Positions 17,133 to 26,196 of a DNA stretch of 28,832 nucleotides are shown here, in pieces (positions within the stretch are counted from its first letter, which is position 1; each line of letters begins with the position of its first letter). The DNA is from Candidatus Zixiibacteriota bacterium. Lineage in GTDB: Bacteria > Zixibacteria > MSB-5A5 > GN15 > FEB-12. A program made the position numbers and the translations under genes. The notes under the pieces are model-generated. The model worked only from the letters and a program-made list of their open reading frames with translations, made no database searches and was not told the DNA's origin. The stretch covers positions 1 through 28,832 of the forward strand of contig JACZYS010000004.1 in assembly GCA_022570975.1 (NCBI GenBank), read 5' to 3'.

Positions 17133-17704
17133 GTAAAATTGAAGGGAAAAAAGAAAGTAAAATTGAGAACAAGTATGTTAGATTAATCCAGTTGATATTT
17201 AATCTTGAAATTAATATTGAAAAGATTTGTATAGCAACCAATCTTAACTAAATGACAAGTTTTATTATTCTCATCTTTCTTAAGTCGCGCAGAAACTTCA
17301 AGTTTACCTGTATAATCAGGTCTTTCAACTTTGAATTCTAATTCATCTATTTTCGTTATCCTCCTTTTAAATCTTTGAATTTATTTTTCAGAGCGTCTTG
17401 GATTTTTCAGGATAGATATCATTTTCAAGAAAATTTGCCCAGAACGCCATCTACAACAATTTTGCTGGCTTTTCAGATTTTGAAAAGGAAATTCTTACTT
17501 AACCTGAAAAATAGTGATCAGTGACAAATAGATTTGAGTCTATAGAAGTAAAGAAATGTATATTATTAGCCATGCATTGAAAAAAGGTTGATGGAGAACT
17601 TGAAATTCAAGTAAAATTTATGAATATAGTAAGAATTTTGGAGAATCATAGTAAACTTGAGTCTATCATCTTTATGGCTATGCAAATGATTAGGAAAGAA
17701 GGTA

Positions 17705-17734
17705 TTGACATTCTTAGCTTATTTTCGATATTAT
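17705..17734 (+). promoter_or_regulatory. sigma70-like promoter TTGACA-N18-TATTAT
   Basis: Perfect -35 at 17705-17710 and near-consensus -10 at 17729-17734. Confidence 0.5.
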
Positions 17735-17740
17735 AGTAAT

Positions 17741-17823
17741 ACCAAAAAGACCCCCCTCTGTCTCATCCTAGAGACAGCCCTGCGTTGGGCAGGATTATTT
17801 AATTAGTCCTGCCCTATTTTTTT
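17741..17823 (+). ncRNA. candidate small RNA of about 80 nt (two hairpins ending in a U-tract)
   Basis: Promoter upstream; hairpin CTGTCTC/GAGACAG (17758-17777); GGGCAGGA/TCCTGCCC stem (17787-17814) followed by 7 T; no ORF. The start position is approximate. Confidence 0.35.
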
Positions 17824-17841
17824 CAATCAAATACTAAAGTC

Positions 17842-17875
17842 AATATACTCTAACCACTGCCAAATACTGGCAGTG
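17842..17875 (-). promoter_or_regulatory. leftward operator-promoter TGCCA-N5-TGGCA-N10-TATATT
   Basis: The minus strand reads CACTGCCA GTATT TGGCA GTGGTTAGAG TATATT. Confidence 0.65.
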
Positions 17876-17908
17876 AATGATGAAGAAAAATGAAATATTT
17901 TATTTTCT

Positions 17909-17941
17909 ACTGCCATATTCTGGCAGTGAGTTGTTTATATT
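17909..17941 (+). promoter_or_regulatory. rightward operator-promoter TGCCA-N5-TGGCA-N10-TATATT for the TerY-P-like operon
   Basis: ACTGCCA TATTC TGGCA GTGAGTTGTT TATATT, ending 43 bp before the 17985 ORF. Confidence 0.7.
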
Positions 17942-17984
17942 TCAATCTATACTACATTGAGGTCAATTTATTAAGTAAAATTGT

Positions 17985-19109
17985 TTGGTTTACAAACCCC
18001 GCAAGCATGGTTTTTGGTCCCATATATTTAGTTTGGTATTTGTGTTTGGGTTCTTTCTCAGTGCTCTAACAACAGTCATTTACCACTCGGTATTTAAAGA
18101 ATCAAGACGTGTGAGTATATCTGCTAATGCCGTTCAATTGAATTCAGAGTTTCAATTAATTCAAGGACGCATTCTCTTTCAAGCAGAACCTGTTTATAAC
18201 GTAACCGTTATAGTAGATTTGGTTGACTCCCTAAGTCACAAAAGCCCCCTTAGTAGTACAGTAACAAACAAATCGGGAGAATTTCTACTTGATTCGATAC
18301 CAACCACGATCGGAAATAGAAAAGTTACAGAAATCGAGATAAATGCTAAGGGCAATTTGGTTGTTAAGGGAGACTCAATTACTGTTTCAGGAACGGAAAC
18401 AATCACTATAAGTGGTAAAGGTTCACAAGAGATTGTTAAAATTTCTATTTGGGTAATTGTAATTCTTCCGGCAATATTTCTATTAAGTTTCATCGTCCCG
18501 TTTCTTACCTTATCACCGCGCTGGAAGTATGGGTTCTCGATTAGTTTAGCAATTATATTGACTCTATCAATGATTATCGCAATATCAGGAGGTATAAGTA
18601 ATATCAATAAGAATTACTCATCTGATACTGAGAAAGTGATTTCTCTTGGATACGCATCATTATTTCATGGAACTTACGTTGAAGGAGTTCCATCAGAATG
18701 GCTGTTTTCAATAACCTCCCTACAATTAGATACAAAATCAGATAATTCGGGGAATGTTACAGTAAAAGGGTTCGGAGTGCCACTTTGGGTCCTGTTAATT
18801 GCCGTAGTTGGCGCTGGACTATTAACTGTATCTATAATAGTATCTGAAATAAAGGATCGCCCAAAATTCCATCTGATTGAAAAAAATGTACCTGATGATG
18901 AGGAATTTAAAGAATTTAGGGCTAGACTAGAACGAATCGTTCGACATCAATTCTACATTCTCTTTTCCCCTATAGGTGCAATCTTTGTTTATCAGATGCT
19001 AGTTACTGCCGATGCGGCATACAACTCTACTACAGTAGCGTTAGCGGCATTCGGAGCAGGAGCATCTTTAAATGTAATACTGGACTACGCAATAACATCT
19101 TACCGATGA
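17985..19109 (+). CDS. membrane protein (about six TM segments) with an extracytoplasmic Ig/carboxypeptidase-regulatory-like domain
   Basis: Hydrophobic segments flank IQGRILFQAEPVYNVTV...TVTNKSGEFLLDSIP. TTG start with no clear RBS. The stop overlaps the next ATG (ATGA). Confidence 0.6.
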   Translation: MVYKPRKHGFWSHIFSLVFVFGFFLSALTTVIYHSVFKESRRVSISANAVQLNSEFQLIQGRILFQAEPVYNVTVIVDLVDSLSHKSPLSSTVTNKSGEFLLDSIPTTIGNRKVTEIEINAKGNLVVKGDSITVSGTETITISGKGSQEIVKISIWVIVILPAIFLLSFIVPFLTLSPRWKYGFSISLAIILTLSMIIAISGGISNINKNYSSDTEKVISLGYASLFHGTYVEGVPSEWLFSITSLQLDTKSDNSGNVTVKGFGVPLWVLLIAVVGAGLLTVSIIVSEIKDRPKFHLIEKNVPDDEEFKEFRARLERIVRHQFYILFSPIGAIFVYQMLVTADAAYNSTTVALAAFGAGASLNVILDYAITSYR

Positions 19110-19486
19110 AGATTGATAGCTCTACAAACATCACTGCCGGTTTAAAGAAAGGTCTGGAACTATTAACTTCTTTAGATAATGATAAGGAAGCCATTCATTA
19201 TCTCCGTCCAGTTGTTTTACTATTTACAGACGGTGGACATAACACTGGATGCTTTCCCTATAAGACAGCAGATAAAATCAAAGAGATTGCTGATTTGGTA
19301 ACCGTGGCATTCGGTCAAGATGCTGACACAAAGCTTCTCAAGAAATTGGCTTCAACTGAACAGCATTTCTACAGATGTGACAGCGGTAAAGATCTTAGAC
19401 AATTCATGGCTTCTGTCGGGAAAACCATGACAATGACTTATGCCGACAACCAGAACACCACTGATCAATTAACTCAATTACAATAA
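19106..19486 (+). pseudogene. terY: TerY-like vWA domain, C-terminal half only
   Basis: TNITAGL and RPVVLLFTDGG (MIDAS Thr and Asp elements) and VAFGQDADTKLLKKLAS are present. The N-terminal DxSxS motif is missing, and none appears in about 45 in-frame codons read upstream. Confidence 0.6.
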
Positions 19487-19498
19487 AGGATAATTGCT

Positions 19499-20428
19499 AT
19501 GTTATATTCAAATAATCAAGAACAGCTTATTTATAGATATCAGCCCGCACCTATTCGTTGCTCGGAAGATTTGCTTAGTGAATTGATAGAATTCTCACAA
19601 ATCTCGACTGATATCGTTCATGAACCATTTCGAGATGAATCGAATTGGAATATGGGTTTATCTACAACAACAGGTAATGTAAGAGATGACAATCAAGATT
19701 ATGGTTTATGTTTTAACATTGGAAAATATCAAGTCATGATTGTTGCTGATGGAATGGGTGGCCCGCCTTATGGAAAGAGGGCATCTTATAGTGTTGTAAA
19801 AGCCAGTGCATTTTCAATCATGAAAGATCTTGGGAAACGATATAAAATCTTCAAACCAGTATTGAGGGATGTTGTAAAGCAAGCTGTTAGAACTGCTTCA
19901 ATGGCTTTATCAGCAAAAGCAGATAAGGTAGATAGCTACAAAAAAGGCTTAAGAACAACTCTTATTGTCATAATCGCTGATAAACATGAATATGTTTATG
20001 GATATATTGGAGACGGCAGCATAATTCTATTTCAAGGTAATTCATTTATTCACTTACTTAATCCCCATAAAGCAAATATGTATATTCCTAACCTATTGAC
20101 AGCATCTTTAGGTCCCACAATACATGGTGAAATGGTACTCGGTTCACATGAGAGAAAACCAAATGATTTCTTAATTACCGGAACAGATGGGATATTTGAT
20201 AGACTTGAAGCAAATCCTGAAGATTTCCCTCAAGGAACTAACAATTTCTTATCTCTTCTTATGAACAGTGTACTTGAGTCAGACGGTAATCTAAAGGAAT
20301 TATCAAAACAGACAATAAATGAACTTGCAGATTTTCAAGACGAACAAGGTTATATTTGTAATGACAATCTCACCCTTGGTTTACTTGGAAACTATAAAAA
20401 GCCAGAAGTAACTTGTCAAAAAGTATAG
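19499..20428 (+). CDS. PP2C/PPM-family protein phosphatase (TerY-P triad component)
   Basis: GNVRDDNQD, VADGMGG, TTL, IGDGS, TASLG, TDGIFD and DNLT motifs. Confidence 0.88.
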   Translation: MLYSNNQEQLIYRYQPAPIRCSEDLLSELIEFSQISTDIVHEPFRDESNWNMGLSTTTGNVRDDNQDYGLCFNIGKYQVMIVADGMGGPPYGKRASYSVVKASAFSIMKDLGKRYKIFKPVLRDVVKQAVRTASMALSAKADKVDSYKKGLRTTLIVIIADKHEYVYGYIGDGSIILFQGNSFIHLLNPHKANMYIPNLLTASLGPTIHGEMVLGSHERKPNDFLITGTDGIFDRLEANPEDFPQGTNNFLSLLMNSVLESDGNLKELSKQTINELADFQDEQGYICNDNLTLGLLGNYKKPEVTCQKV

Positions 20429-20436
20429 GTGGAGTG

Positions 20437-21663
20437 ATGTCAATACTTCATTCAAAAATTAAAACAAAGTCTGGCAATAAGCTTCTAATCGAAAGAGAAT
20501 TATCTTTCGGCGGTCAAGGAAGAGTCTATCTTGCACATAAAATAAAAACCAGTAAAGCTGTTGTTGTAAAGATATTCAATAATAAATTCAATAGGAAAAT
20601 TCTTCTTGAAAGAATTGAGTTTCTAATTTCAATTCAGGAAAAGAATTCATTTGAGGGGATTGAATTACCTTTTGATCTGATAGAAACTAAAGATTTGATA
20701 GGTCATTGTACTGCCTATATCGATTCAATCTCTTTGGAAGACTATTTAATGAATTCAACAAGTTCGATTACAGAGAGATTGGAAACTGCCTTGTCAATAG
20801 CCAAGCAATTTAAACATCTTCATGGGTTAGGCATTGCTCATGGAGACATCAGAGCCCAGAATTTTCTTATTCAAACAGAAAAAAGGAATTTGAATGTTCA
20901 TTGCATTGATATAGATAATTTTAATCATGCCTCTGCTCCTGAACCGAATATGGTAGGTGAAGCTCTTTACTTGTCACCTGAGCAAAGGGATAAGCTCAGT
21001 AATGATACGTATTATCCTCCAACGATTGAAACTGATCTTTATCAACTTGGTATTTTGTTTCATGAAATAGTGCTACTTCTTCATCCTGCTCATGGCAATG
21101 ACAATACTCAAGAAGAGCTTGAAAACGCTATGAGTGGTGTATGGAAACTCGATCCAACAGTTTCAAAGGAAACAAAGAACATCTCAATATCCATTCTCAA
21201 TAATCAATTATGTAATCTCTTCAGGTTGGCACTGGTCCAATGTCCCAAAAAACGAACAACAACTGATAATTGGATTAAAGCATTTCAAAATGCAATAGAG
21301 AGAATATATCATTGTCCAAAATGTAACACACCTACAATTGTTGATAGTTCAAAGATATTTTGTCCTCAAGGCCATCTGTTTGAACTACTCAGTTTAGCAA
21401 ATGCAAAAACTAACAAGAAATTGTGTCTAAATGGTAAGTCATTTTTTATTGGCAGGGCTCAGTTTAATGATGATATCAGAATTAGCAACAAGCAATTGCT
21501 CATAAGCAGAATCGGTCCTGAACTTTGGGTTGAACATATTGGAACTAATCCGACTAAGTACAAGCAAAATGGAGTATGGCTTGATTTACCAAAGTACAAA
21601 AAGATTAAACTATGCAAGAATGATTTTATAAAAATAATGAAACATGAGTTAAAAATAATTTGA
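20437..21663 (+). CDS. Ser/Thr protein kinase with Zn-ribbon and FHA-like C-terminus (TerY-P triad component)
   Basis: GGQGRVY, VVVK, HGDIRAQN, IDIDN, YLSPE and TDLYQLG motifs; CPKC...CPQGH; FFIGR...ISNKQ...GTNPT. ATG 20437 has AGGTGGAG upstream and is preferred over TTG 20413. Confidence 0.88.
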   Translation: MSILHSKIKTKSGNKLLIERELSFGGQGRVYLAHKIKTSKAVVVKIFNNKFNRKILLERIEFLISIQEKNSFEGIELPFDLIETKDLIGHCTAYIDSISLEDYLMNSTSSITERLETALSIAKQFKHLHGLGIAHGDIRAQNFLIQTEKRNLNVHCIDIDNFNHASAPEPNMVGEALYLSPEQRDKLSNDTYYPPTIETDLYQLGILFHEIVLLLHPAHGNDNTQEELENAMSGVWKLDPTVSKETKNISISILNNQLCNLFRLALVQCPKKRTTTDNWIKAFQNAIERIYHCPKCNTPTIVDSSKIFCPQGHLFELLSLANAKTNKKLCLNGKSFFIGRAQFNDDIRISNKQLLISRIGPELWVEHIGTNPTKYKQNGVWLDLPKYKKIKLCKNDFIKIMKHELKII

Positions 21664-21670
21664 TATAGCC

Positions 21671-21871
21671 ATGCCTAAAAACCTTCTCACACCTCAAGAA
21701 TTAGCCGATGAACTTGGAGTCAAAATCTCTACAGTTTATCATTGGTCTCACATCGGGTATATCCCTATTGTGAAGCTAGGAAACCTTTTGAGATTTCGGA
21801 GAAGCTCAGTTGAAAAGTGGATAGAGAAAAAGGAGAAGAAAGGGGGGCGGAGAGCAGTAGAGATTTTATGA
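21671..21871 (+). CDS. xis: excisionase / helix-turn-helix recombination directionality factor
   Basis: LLTPQELADELGVKISTVYHW...IPIVKLGNLLRFRRSSVEKW is a typical Xis-family HTH, and the gene is adjacent to the integrase. Confidence 0.85.
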   Translation: MPKNLLTPQELADELGVKISTVYHWSHIGYIPIVKLGNLLRFRRSSVEKWIEKKEKKGGRRAVEIL

Positions 21872-21877
21872 GATTGC

Positions 21878-22936
21878 TCAGAACTCTAACTTCTCAACTG
21901 CATCTGCAAGATGATCAGGTGCCAAATGAGCGTAAATCATCGTTGTTTGAATATCAGAATGTCCCATTAGATTCTTTACCGTTGGTAAATCAACGCCTTT
22001 CATTACCAAGTGGGATGCAAAGGTATGACGAAGAGAATGGATCTTTGTAACATCAGAAAATCCGCACCTCTTCGTAATTGTCATAAATCTCTCACGAAGT
22101 TTTAACTTTAATTTTTCACCATTCTTACCTGGGAATACAAACATCGAACCATTTGATTTTGATTTCAATTCTTTAAGTAAATCTCTAATCTCTTCATTCA
22201 TTGGAATTGTTCGCTCACCGGTTTTGGGGTTCCAAAATTCTTTAGAAACTATATGTATTTTCTTTTGCTTAAGATCTATATCATTCCAAGTCAGATGGAT
22301 TAACTCTCCCAATCTCATGCCAGTATTCAAAAAAGTAAAGAAGATTGGATACAAATACTCTCCACAGTTTTGTAAAAGTAAATCCACTTCTTCTTCGGTT
22401 AGGAAACGAGGTTTCTTGGCATCAGTTACTTTTAATTTTTGGACACTCTTAGTAGGGTTTTCTTTCAGGTAATTACACTTTATAGCATAGTTAAATATGG
22501 TTCCGAGAGAAACTAATTCCATATTTACCGTATTAGTTTTGGCAAACTCTCTGTGGTTGAGTGGAGTTGTGCGCCGAAAAATCTTAAAATCTTCAAAGAG
22601 TTCAGAATGTAAATCAGACAGATCAACGATATCTTTCTTACCTTCTAAAAAGAATAGGAAATTATCAACAATAGCCCTATATCTTTTGAATGTAGATGGA
22701 GCATGATTTACTGATGAGTATTTGTTAAATATTTTGAGAAATTCTCTAATAGTTATTTGATTTGGTTCAAATTTATATTCCCCTTTTGAAATTTTCACTT
22801 CAATATCTTTTAGCTGAAGGAGCGCCACTTTTTTTGATTTACCAACTTTCTTACGATACCTTTTTCCCTTAAAAGTGTAGTCAAGAAACCAAGTTGATTT
22901 CCCGTTTTTTGTTCTATAACTATAAATTCTGGCCAT
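21878..22936 (-). CDS. int: tyrosine recombinase / site-specific integrase (352 aa from ATG 22936)
   Basis: Arm-binding-like N-terminus (MARIYSY...WFLDYTFKGKRYRK), TGMRLGEL, HSLRHTFAS, LMGH and TMIYAH. The ORF-track extension to 23014 overlaps the arm repeats and is probably non-coding. Confidence 0.93.
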   Translation of the reverse strand: MARIYSYRTKNGKSTWFLDYTFKGKRYRKKVGKSKKVALLQLKDIEVKISKGEYKFEPNQITIREFLKIFNKYSSVNHAPSTFKRYRAIVDNFLFFLEGKKDIVDLSDLHSELFEDFKIFRRTTPLNHREFAKTNTVNMELVSLGTIFNYAIKCNYLKENPTKSVQKLKVTDAKKPRFLTEEEVDLLLQNCGEYLYPIFFTFLNTGMRLGELIHLTWNDIDLKQKKIHIVSKEFWNPKTGERTIPMNEEIRDLLKELKSKSNGSMFVFPGKNGEKLKLKLRERFMTITKRCGFSDVTKIHSLRHTFASHLVMKGVDLPTVKNLMGHSDIQTTMIYAHLAPDHLADAVEKLEF

Positions 22937-22950
22937 ATAAAAATTCCTTA

Positions 22951-22972
22951 CTTGGCAGATATTAGGCAGAAA
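22951..22972. repeat. imperfect tandem 11-mers, putative arm-type sites at the tRNA-side att
   Basis: CTTGGCAGATA TTAGGCAGAAA resembles 3491-3512 and lies between the int start and the core. Confidence 0.55.
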
Positions 22973-23044
22973 CACTTTCAATGAGAATATAGAGAAATGG
23001 TAAGTTATTGTCAACTAGTTAGATGGAATATGTGATGTTATTTA

Positions 23045-23133
23045 TGGCGGAGAGGCAGGGATTCGAACCCTGGATAGGGGTTACCTATACACGCTTTCCA
23101 GGCGTGCGCCTTCAACCACTCGGCCACCTCTCC
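23045..23133 (-). tRNA. tRNA-Ser (GGA), 89 nt, CCA encoded
   Basis: Acceptor stem GGAGAGG/CCTCTCC; anticodon arm CACGC-CTGGAAA-GCGTG; long variable arm; T arm CAGGG-TTCGAAT-CCCTG; 3' GCCA. Confidence 0.97.
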
Positions 23134-23310
23134 GGATATAAATAATGTCAGAGGAATATAAATTGACCCGGATTAGAAATCAAAGGCTTTTGTATGGAAA
23201 CTTTGGGTTATACCTAAAACAAAAAACAGAAACGAAATTTTCTTGAGCTAACTGATTAATTTGCATAGGAAAGAGCCATTTTATGATTGGCTGGCAACCA
23301 AAGAAGTGAA

Positions 23311-24744
23311 CTAGTTTGATTCGGTGTAAGGTGAGATTACAACGTGGTTTATGTCTAAAGTCATCTCACAGCGACCTTCTTCATCAAGAAACTCTTTATA
23401 TACATTTCCAAACGAGGCTTTGACCCCGGGGTAAATCATATTTGTAACTATAATTGATTTTTTTTCTTTTTCTTTTTCTTTCTTTTCTTCTTCTTCTAAA
23501 AGCAATTTTCTATGAGCTTCCAGCCGTTCCAGATTACCGGGGAGAGTTTCGTTAAAGGCTTCCAGTTTCTTAAGAGTTTCTTCCTGAGATTCCGGGAGGC
23601 GGTTTTCCATTTGAAGTTTATACATACCCAGAAGTGCTTTTTTTATTTTTTCACCATCTTCATTGAGCCGTTTTATCTCTTGATTAACTTTTGTAATTTC
23701 TTGTTCACTTGGAGTCTCTGTAATAATAGTGACATGGGTGGTTATGCCGGCATCTGAACCAAGAAAGGCTGTCTTGACTTCATTTTGGGCGATGATATGT
23801 CCACCCACAATTTTGCCAACCTTGCTCCTGAGTTCAACTTTATTGCCTGCCTTAATCTGACAGTTAATCATTTCATCTCCGGCAAAAATTGATCCCCCTG
23901 CGGTAATATGCTGACTTTCTGCAAATTTGAATGTTATATCACCATCGGCAAAAACTTTTCCATTCCCCTCGCCAATCAGTCCACCCTTGATAAAGATGTT
24001 ACCTTTTACTTTGATATTGCTGTTTTCAACATTGCCGTTGACTTCAAGGTCACCATCTATTTCTAATGAGAAACCTGCTTTAATATTCCCGGAGATTCTT
24101 ACCGAACCTTTAGTATTGATATTACCAACGTTAAAATCAAGGTCTCCATTGATAGGGGTAATGTCGTTGACCCATACTTTATCATTAAGTATAACAATGG
24201 CGCCGCTTGCGGTAGCAATTAATTTTGCACCGTCTTCTGAGATTTTGGTGTTTTTTCCATTCTTAAATGGGATGTCTCTTCCAACGGTACCCAAAACTTC
24301 TTCGCCTAATATATTTTTACCAGGTTCCCCGGCTGTGGGAGGAGTTTTTACAACAAGGACGTCACCTTCGGCAGCGTTTTGAATGAAGTTAATAGCTCTG
24401 TAGTCGATTTTACCTTGATCATCTTCTACCGGCTTCATTGACTTTTCAGTTTCAAAATTATATTCAAAAGTGGAAGGATGACCTTTTTCAGGCACTGTTC
24501 CGTCTGCTATTTTAATTGGCTGATCATATTTCTTTTCATTAATGCTTGACCTTATCAGATCTTCGTTGATTCCAAAAACCACACCGGCAGCATTTAATGA
24601 ACTTATAATCGAATCTACCGATGGTGGAGCTTCCCCCGATGGTGGTTGCTGGATTACTACGGAAGCCGCCATTTTATCTTTTGCGAGAATAACTTTTACG
24701 TTTTTATCTGTCGACGACTCTGTTGTTGTTGGTGTTCCGGACAT
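23311..24744 (-). CDS. FapA/DUF342 family protein
   Basis: N-terminal DKMAASVVI...GVVFGINED, GRDIPFKNGKNT, GDLDFNVGNINTKGSVRISGNI, beta-helix-like repeats and a C-terminal coiled coil. Confidence 0.85.
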   Translation of the reverse strand: MSGTPTTTESSTDKNVKVILAKDKMAASVVIQQPPSGEAPPSVDSIISSLNAAGVVFGINEDLIRSSINEKKYDQPIKIADGTVPEKGHPSTFEYNFETEKSMKPVEDDQGKIDYRAINFIQNAAEGDVLVVKTPPTAGEPGKNILGEEVLGTVGRDIPFKNGKNTKISEDGAKLIATASGAIVILNDKVWVNDITPINGDLDFNVGNINTKGSVRISGNIKAGFSLEIDGDLEVNGNVENSNIKVKGNIFIKGGLIGEGNGKVFADGDITFKFAESQHITAGGSIFAGDEMINCQIKAGNKVELRSKVGKIVGGHIIAQNEVKTAFLGSDAGITTHVTIITETPSEQEITKVNQEIKRLNEDGEKIKKALLGMYKLQMENRLPESQEETLKKLEAFNETLPGNLERLEAHRKLLLEEEEKKEKEKEKKSIIVTNMIYPGVKASFGNVYKEFLDEEGRCEMTLDINHVVISPYTESN

Positions 24745-24757
24745 TGGCTATTTCCTT

Positions 24758-25174
24758 TTAGGAACTACTTTCTGCAAGTGCGTTTCTGACCGAAAGGATT
24801 CTCCAGTATACTTTCTCAATAATCATAACTATTTCCTGTGACTTAAACGGCTTGCAGATGTATTCATCTGCTCCCAAAAGCAATGAATCTTTTATCGAGT
24901 AGATATCGCCATATGAAGTCATGATTATTACACCTATTGTAGGATGAACCTCCCTGATCTGTTTCAACAGTTCAAACCCACTCAGATTGGGCATATTCAT
25001 ATCCGATAATACAATATCAACGCTGTTGGTTTTTAAGATTTCAAGCGCTTCTGATCCGTCGCGGGCTGAAGAAACATGATAACCTTCTTTATTGAGTATT
25101 CTTTTAAGTAGGTCTCTGATTGCTTCATCATCATCTACTACTAAGATTGTTTTTTGCCTGTCAAGATTTTCCAT
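24758..25174 (-). CDS. single-domain response regulator (receiver)
   Basis: ILVVDDD, SDMNMP (phospho-Asp), IMTSYG, YICKPF. Confidence 0.9.
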   Translation of the reverse strand: MENLDRQKTILVVDDDEAIRDLLKRILNKEGYHVSSARDGSEALEILKTNSVDIVLSDMNMPNLSGFELLKQIREVHPTIGVIIMTSYGDIYSIKDSLLLGADEYICKPFKSQEIVMIIEKVYWRILSVRNALAESSS

Positions 25175-25198
25175 CTCAATTATTCTTACCCTCTTTTA

Positions 25199-25615
25199 TC
25201 AATCACAAAGAACAGAGCTTATTTCAGTCAAAAGCCCAATTAAGTCTACCGGTTTATAAATTACCTTGTTCGCTCCCATGAATCCGGCCTCATTGACCAG
25301 TTTTTCTGTTGCGTTGCCGGTTATAATAAAAACAGGTACACCGGGGAGTTTTTCTTTCATCTTTGGAATTAAGTCAAGCCCCGAGACCTCCGGCATAATT
25401 ATGTCAACTGTAATAAGGTCAAAATGATCTGTATTGATTTTTTCCAGTGCCTGGGTTCCGTCTGAAGCAACTTCTATCTTAAGAGCCTGAGATATTTCAC
25501 ACATCTCTTTAAAAGCTTGCTGAACAGGAAGTTCATCATCTATTATAAGCAGCTTGAACGGCTTACCCCTGCGCTGGGCGGTGATGTTTAATTTCTCAAG
25601 AACTTCTACAGGCAT
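25199..25615 (-). CDS. single-domain response regulator (receiver)
   Basis: LLIIDDE, VDIIMPEVSG, IITGNA, VIYKPV. Confidence 0.88.
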   Translation of the reverse strand: MPVEVLEKLNITAQRRGKPFKLLIIDDELPVQQAFKEMCEISQALKIEVASDGTQALEKINTDHFDLITVDIIMPEVSGLDLIPKMKEKLPGVPVFIITGNATEKLVNEAGFMGANKVIYKPVDLIGLLTEISSVLCD

Positions 25616-25810
25616 CTGACACCTTTTTGTTTTTTATCTATGTTGTTCAGAAACAAATATTACTCGCTTATCTATCGTACACGACAATAGGTGCCAGTAC
25701 TTTTGGGTTCAATATCTGAACATATTCCTATTAGTTATATCGTCAGAATACGGGATGAGTTTATGCTGATTTGTTATTGTATTATAACGGAATGTCAGCA
25801 TATGACAATT

Positions 25811-26173
25811 CTAACCGGATTTATTATTGCTGTCAATTGTCAATTTTGCCTTGATTATATAACATTGTTCAAGAACATGGTTCAGTTTTATTTCAATATG
25901 GTCTTTCAATTCCCGGCCGGATTGTATTTCATAGACCATTTTTTCATTATTACTTGCCGCTTGTAAGATGTGTGAAATCTCCTGAGCCGCCTTGATGGTG
26001 CCATTAACCAAGCGGATAAACTCCGGCTCAAGATTTAAAAGTGTTTCAGATTCATTTTTTACCCTGGCCAGATGAATGGCCAGATTTAAGGCCAGCATTT
26101 TGACCTCCTCATTTAGCTCATCGACCTGATTATGAAGCTCAATGAGATTATTTCTTTTTAAATCTTTTTCCAA
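25811..26173 (-). CDS. hypothetical helical protein (120 aa)
   Basis: Co-oriented within the gene cluster; coiled-coil-like composition. Confidence 0.65.
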   Translation of the reverse strand: MEKDLKRNNLIELHNQVDELNEEVKMLALNLAIHLARVKNESETLLNLEPEFIRLVNGTIKAAQEISHILQAASNNEKMVYEIQSGRELKDHIEIKLNHVLEQCYIIKAKLTIDSNNKSG

Positions 26174-26196
26174 TTTATAATCTGTTTTCTGAGTTG

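Larger units (their letters stand above)
3343..23064. mobile_element. tRNA-Ser-integrated genomic island (about 19.4 kb from the inner att, about 19.7 kb from the outer att)
   Basis: Direct repeats of the tRNA 3' end at both ends; tyrosine integrase next to the tRNA; excisionase; tandem arm-type repeats near each core; accessory cargo. Confidence 0.9.

Noticed and set aside
17131-17983. AAGTAAAATTG repeated at 17131, 17155 and 17973
   Set aside because: It is a very AT-rich word in an AT-rich gap with no consistent spacing, so chance cannot be excluded.
18990-19120. Frameshifted membrane-protein/vWA fusion
   Set aside because: Reading upstream in the vWA frame gives no DxSxS or vWA-like strand, so a simple frameshift does not restore a full domain.
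22937-23014. Integrase N-terminal extension given by the ORF track
   Set aside because: It overlaps the putative arm repeats and has no integrase-like character; ATG 22936 opens the arm-binding-like domain.
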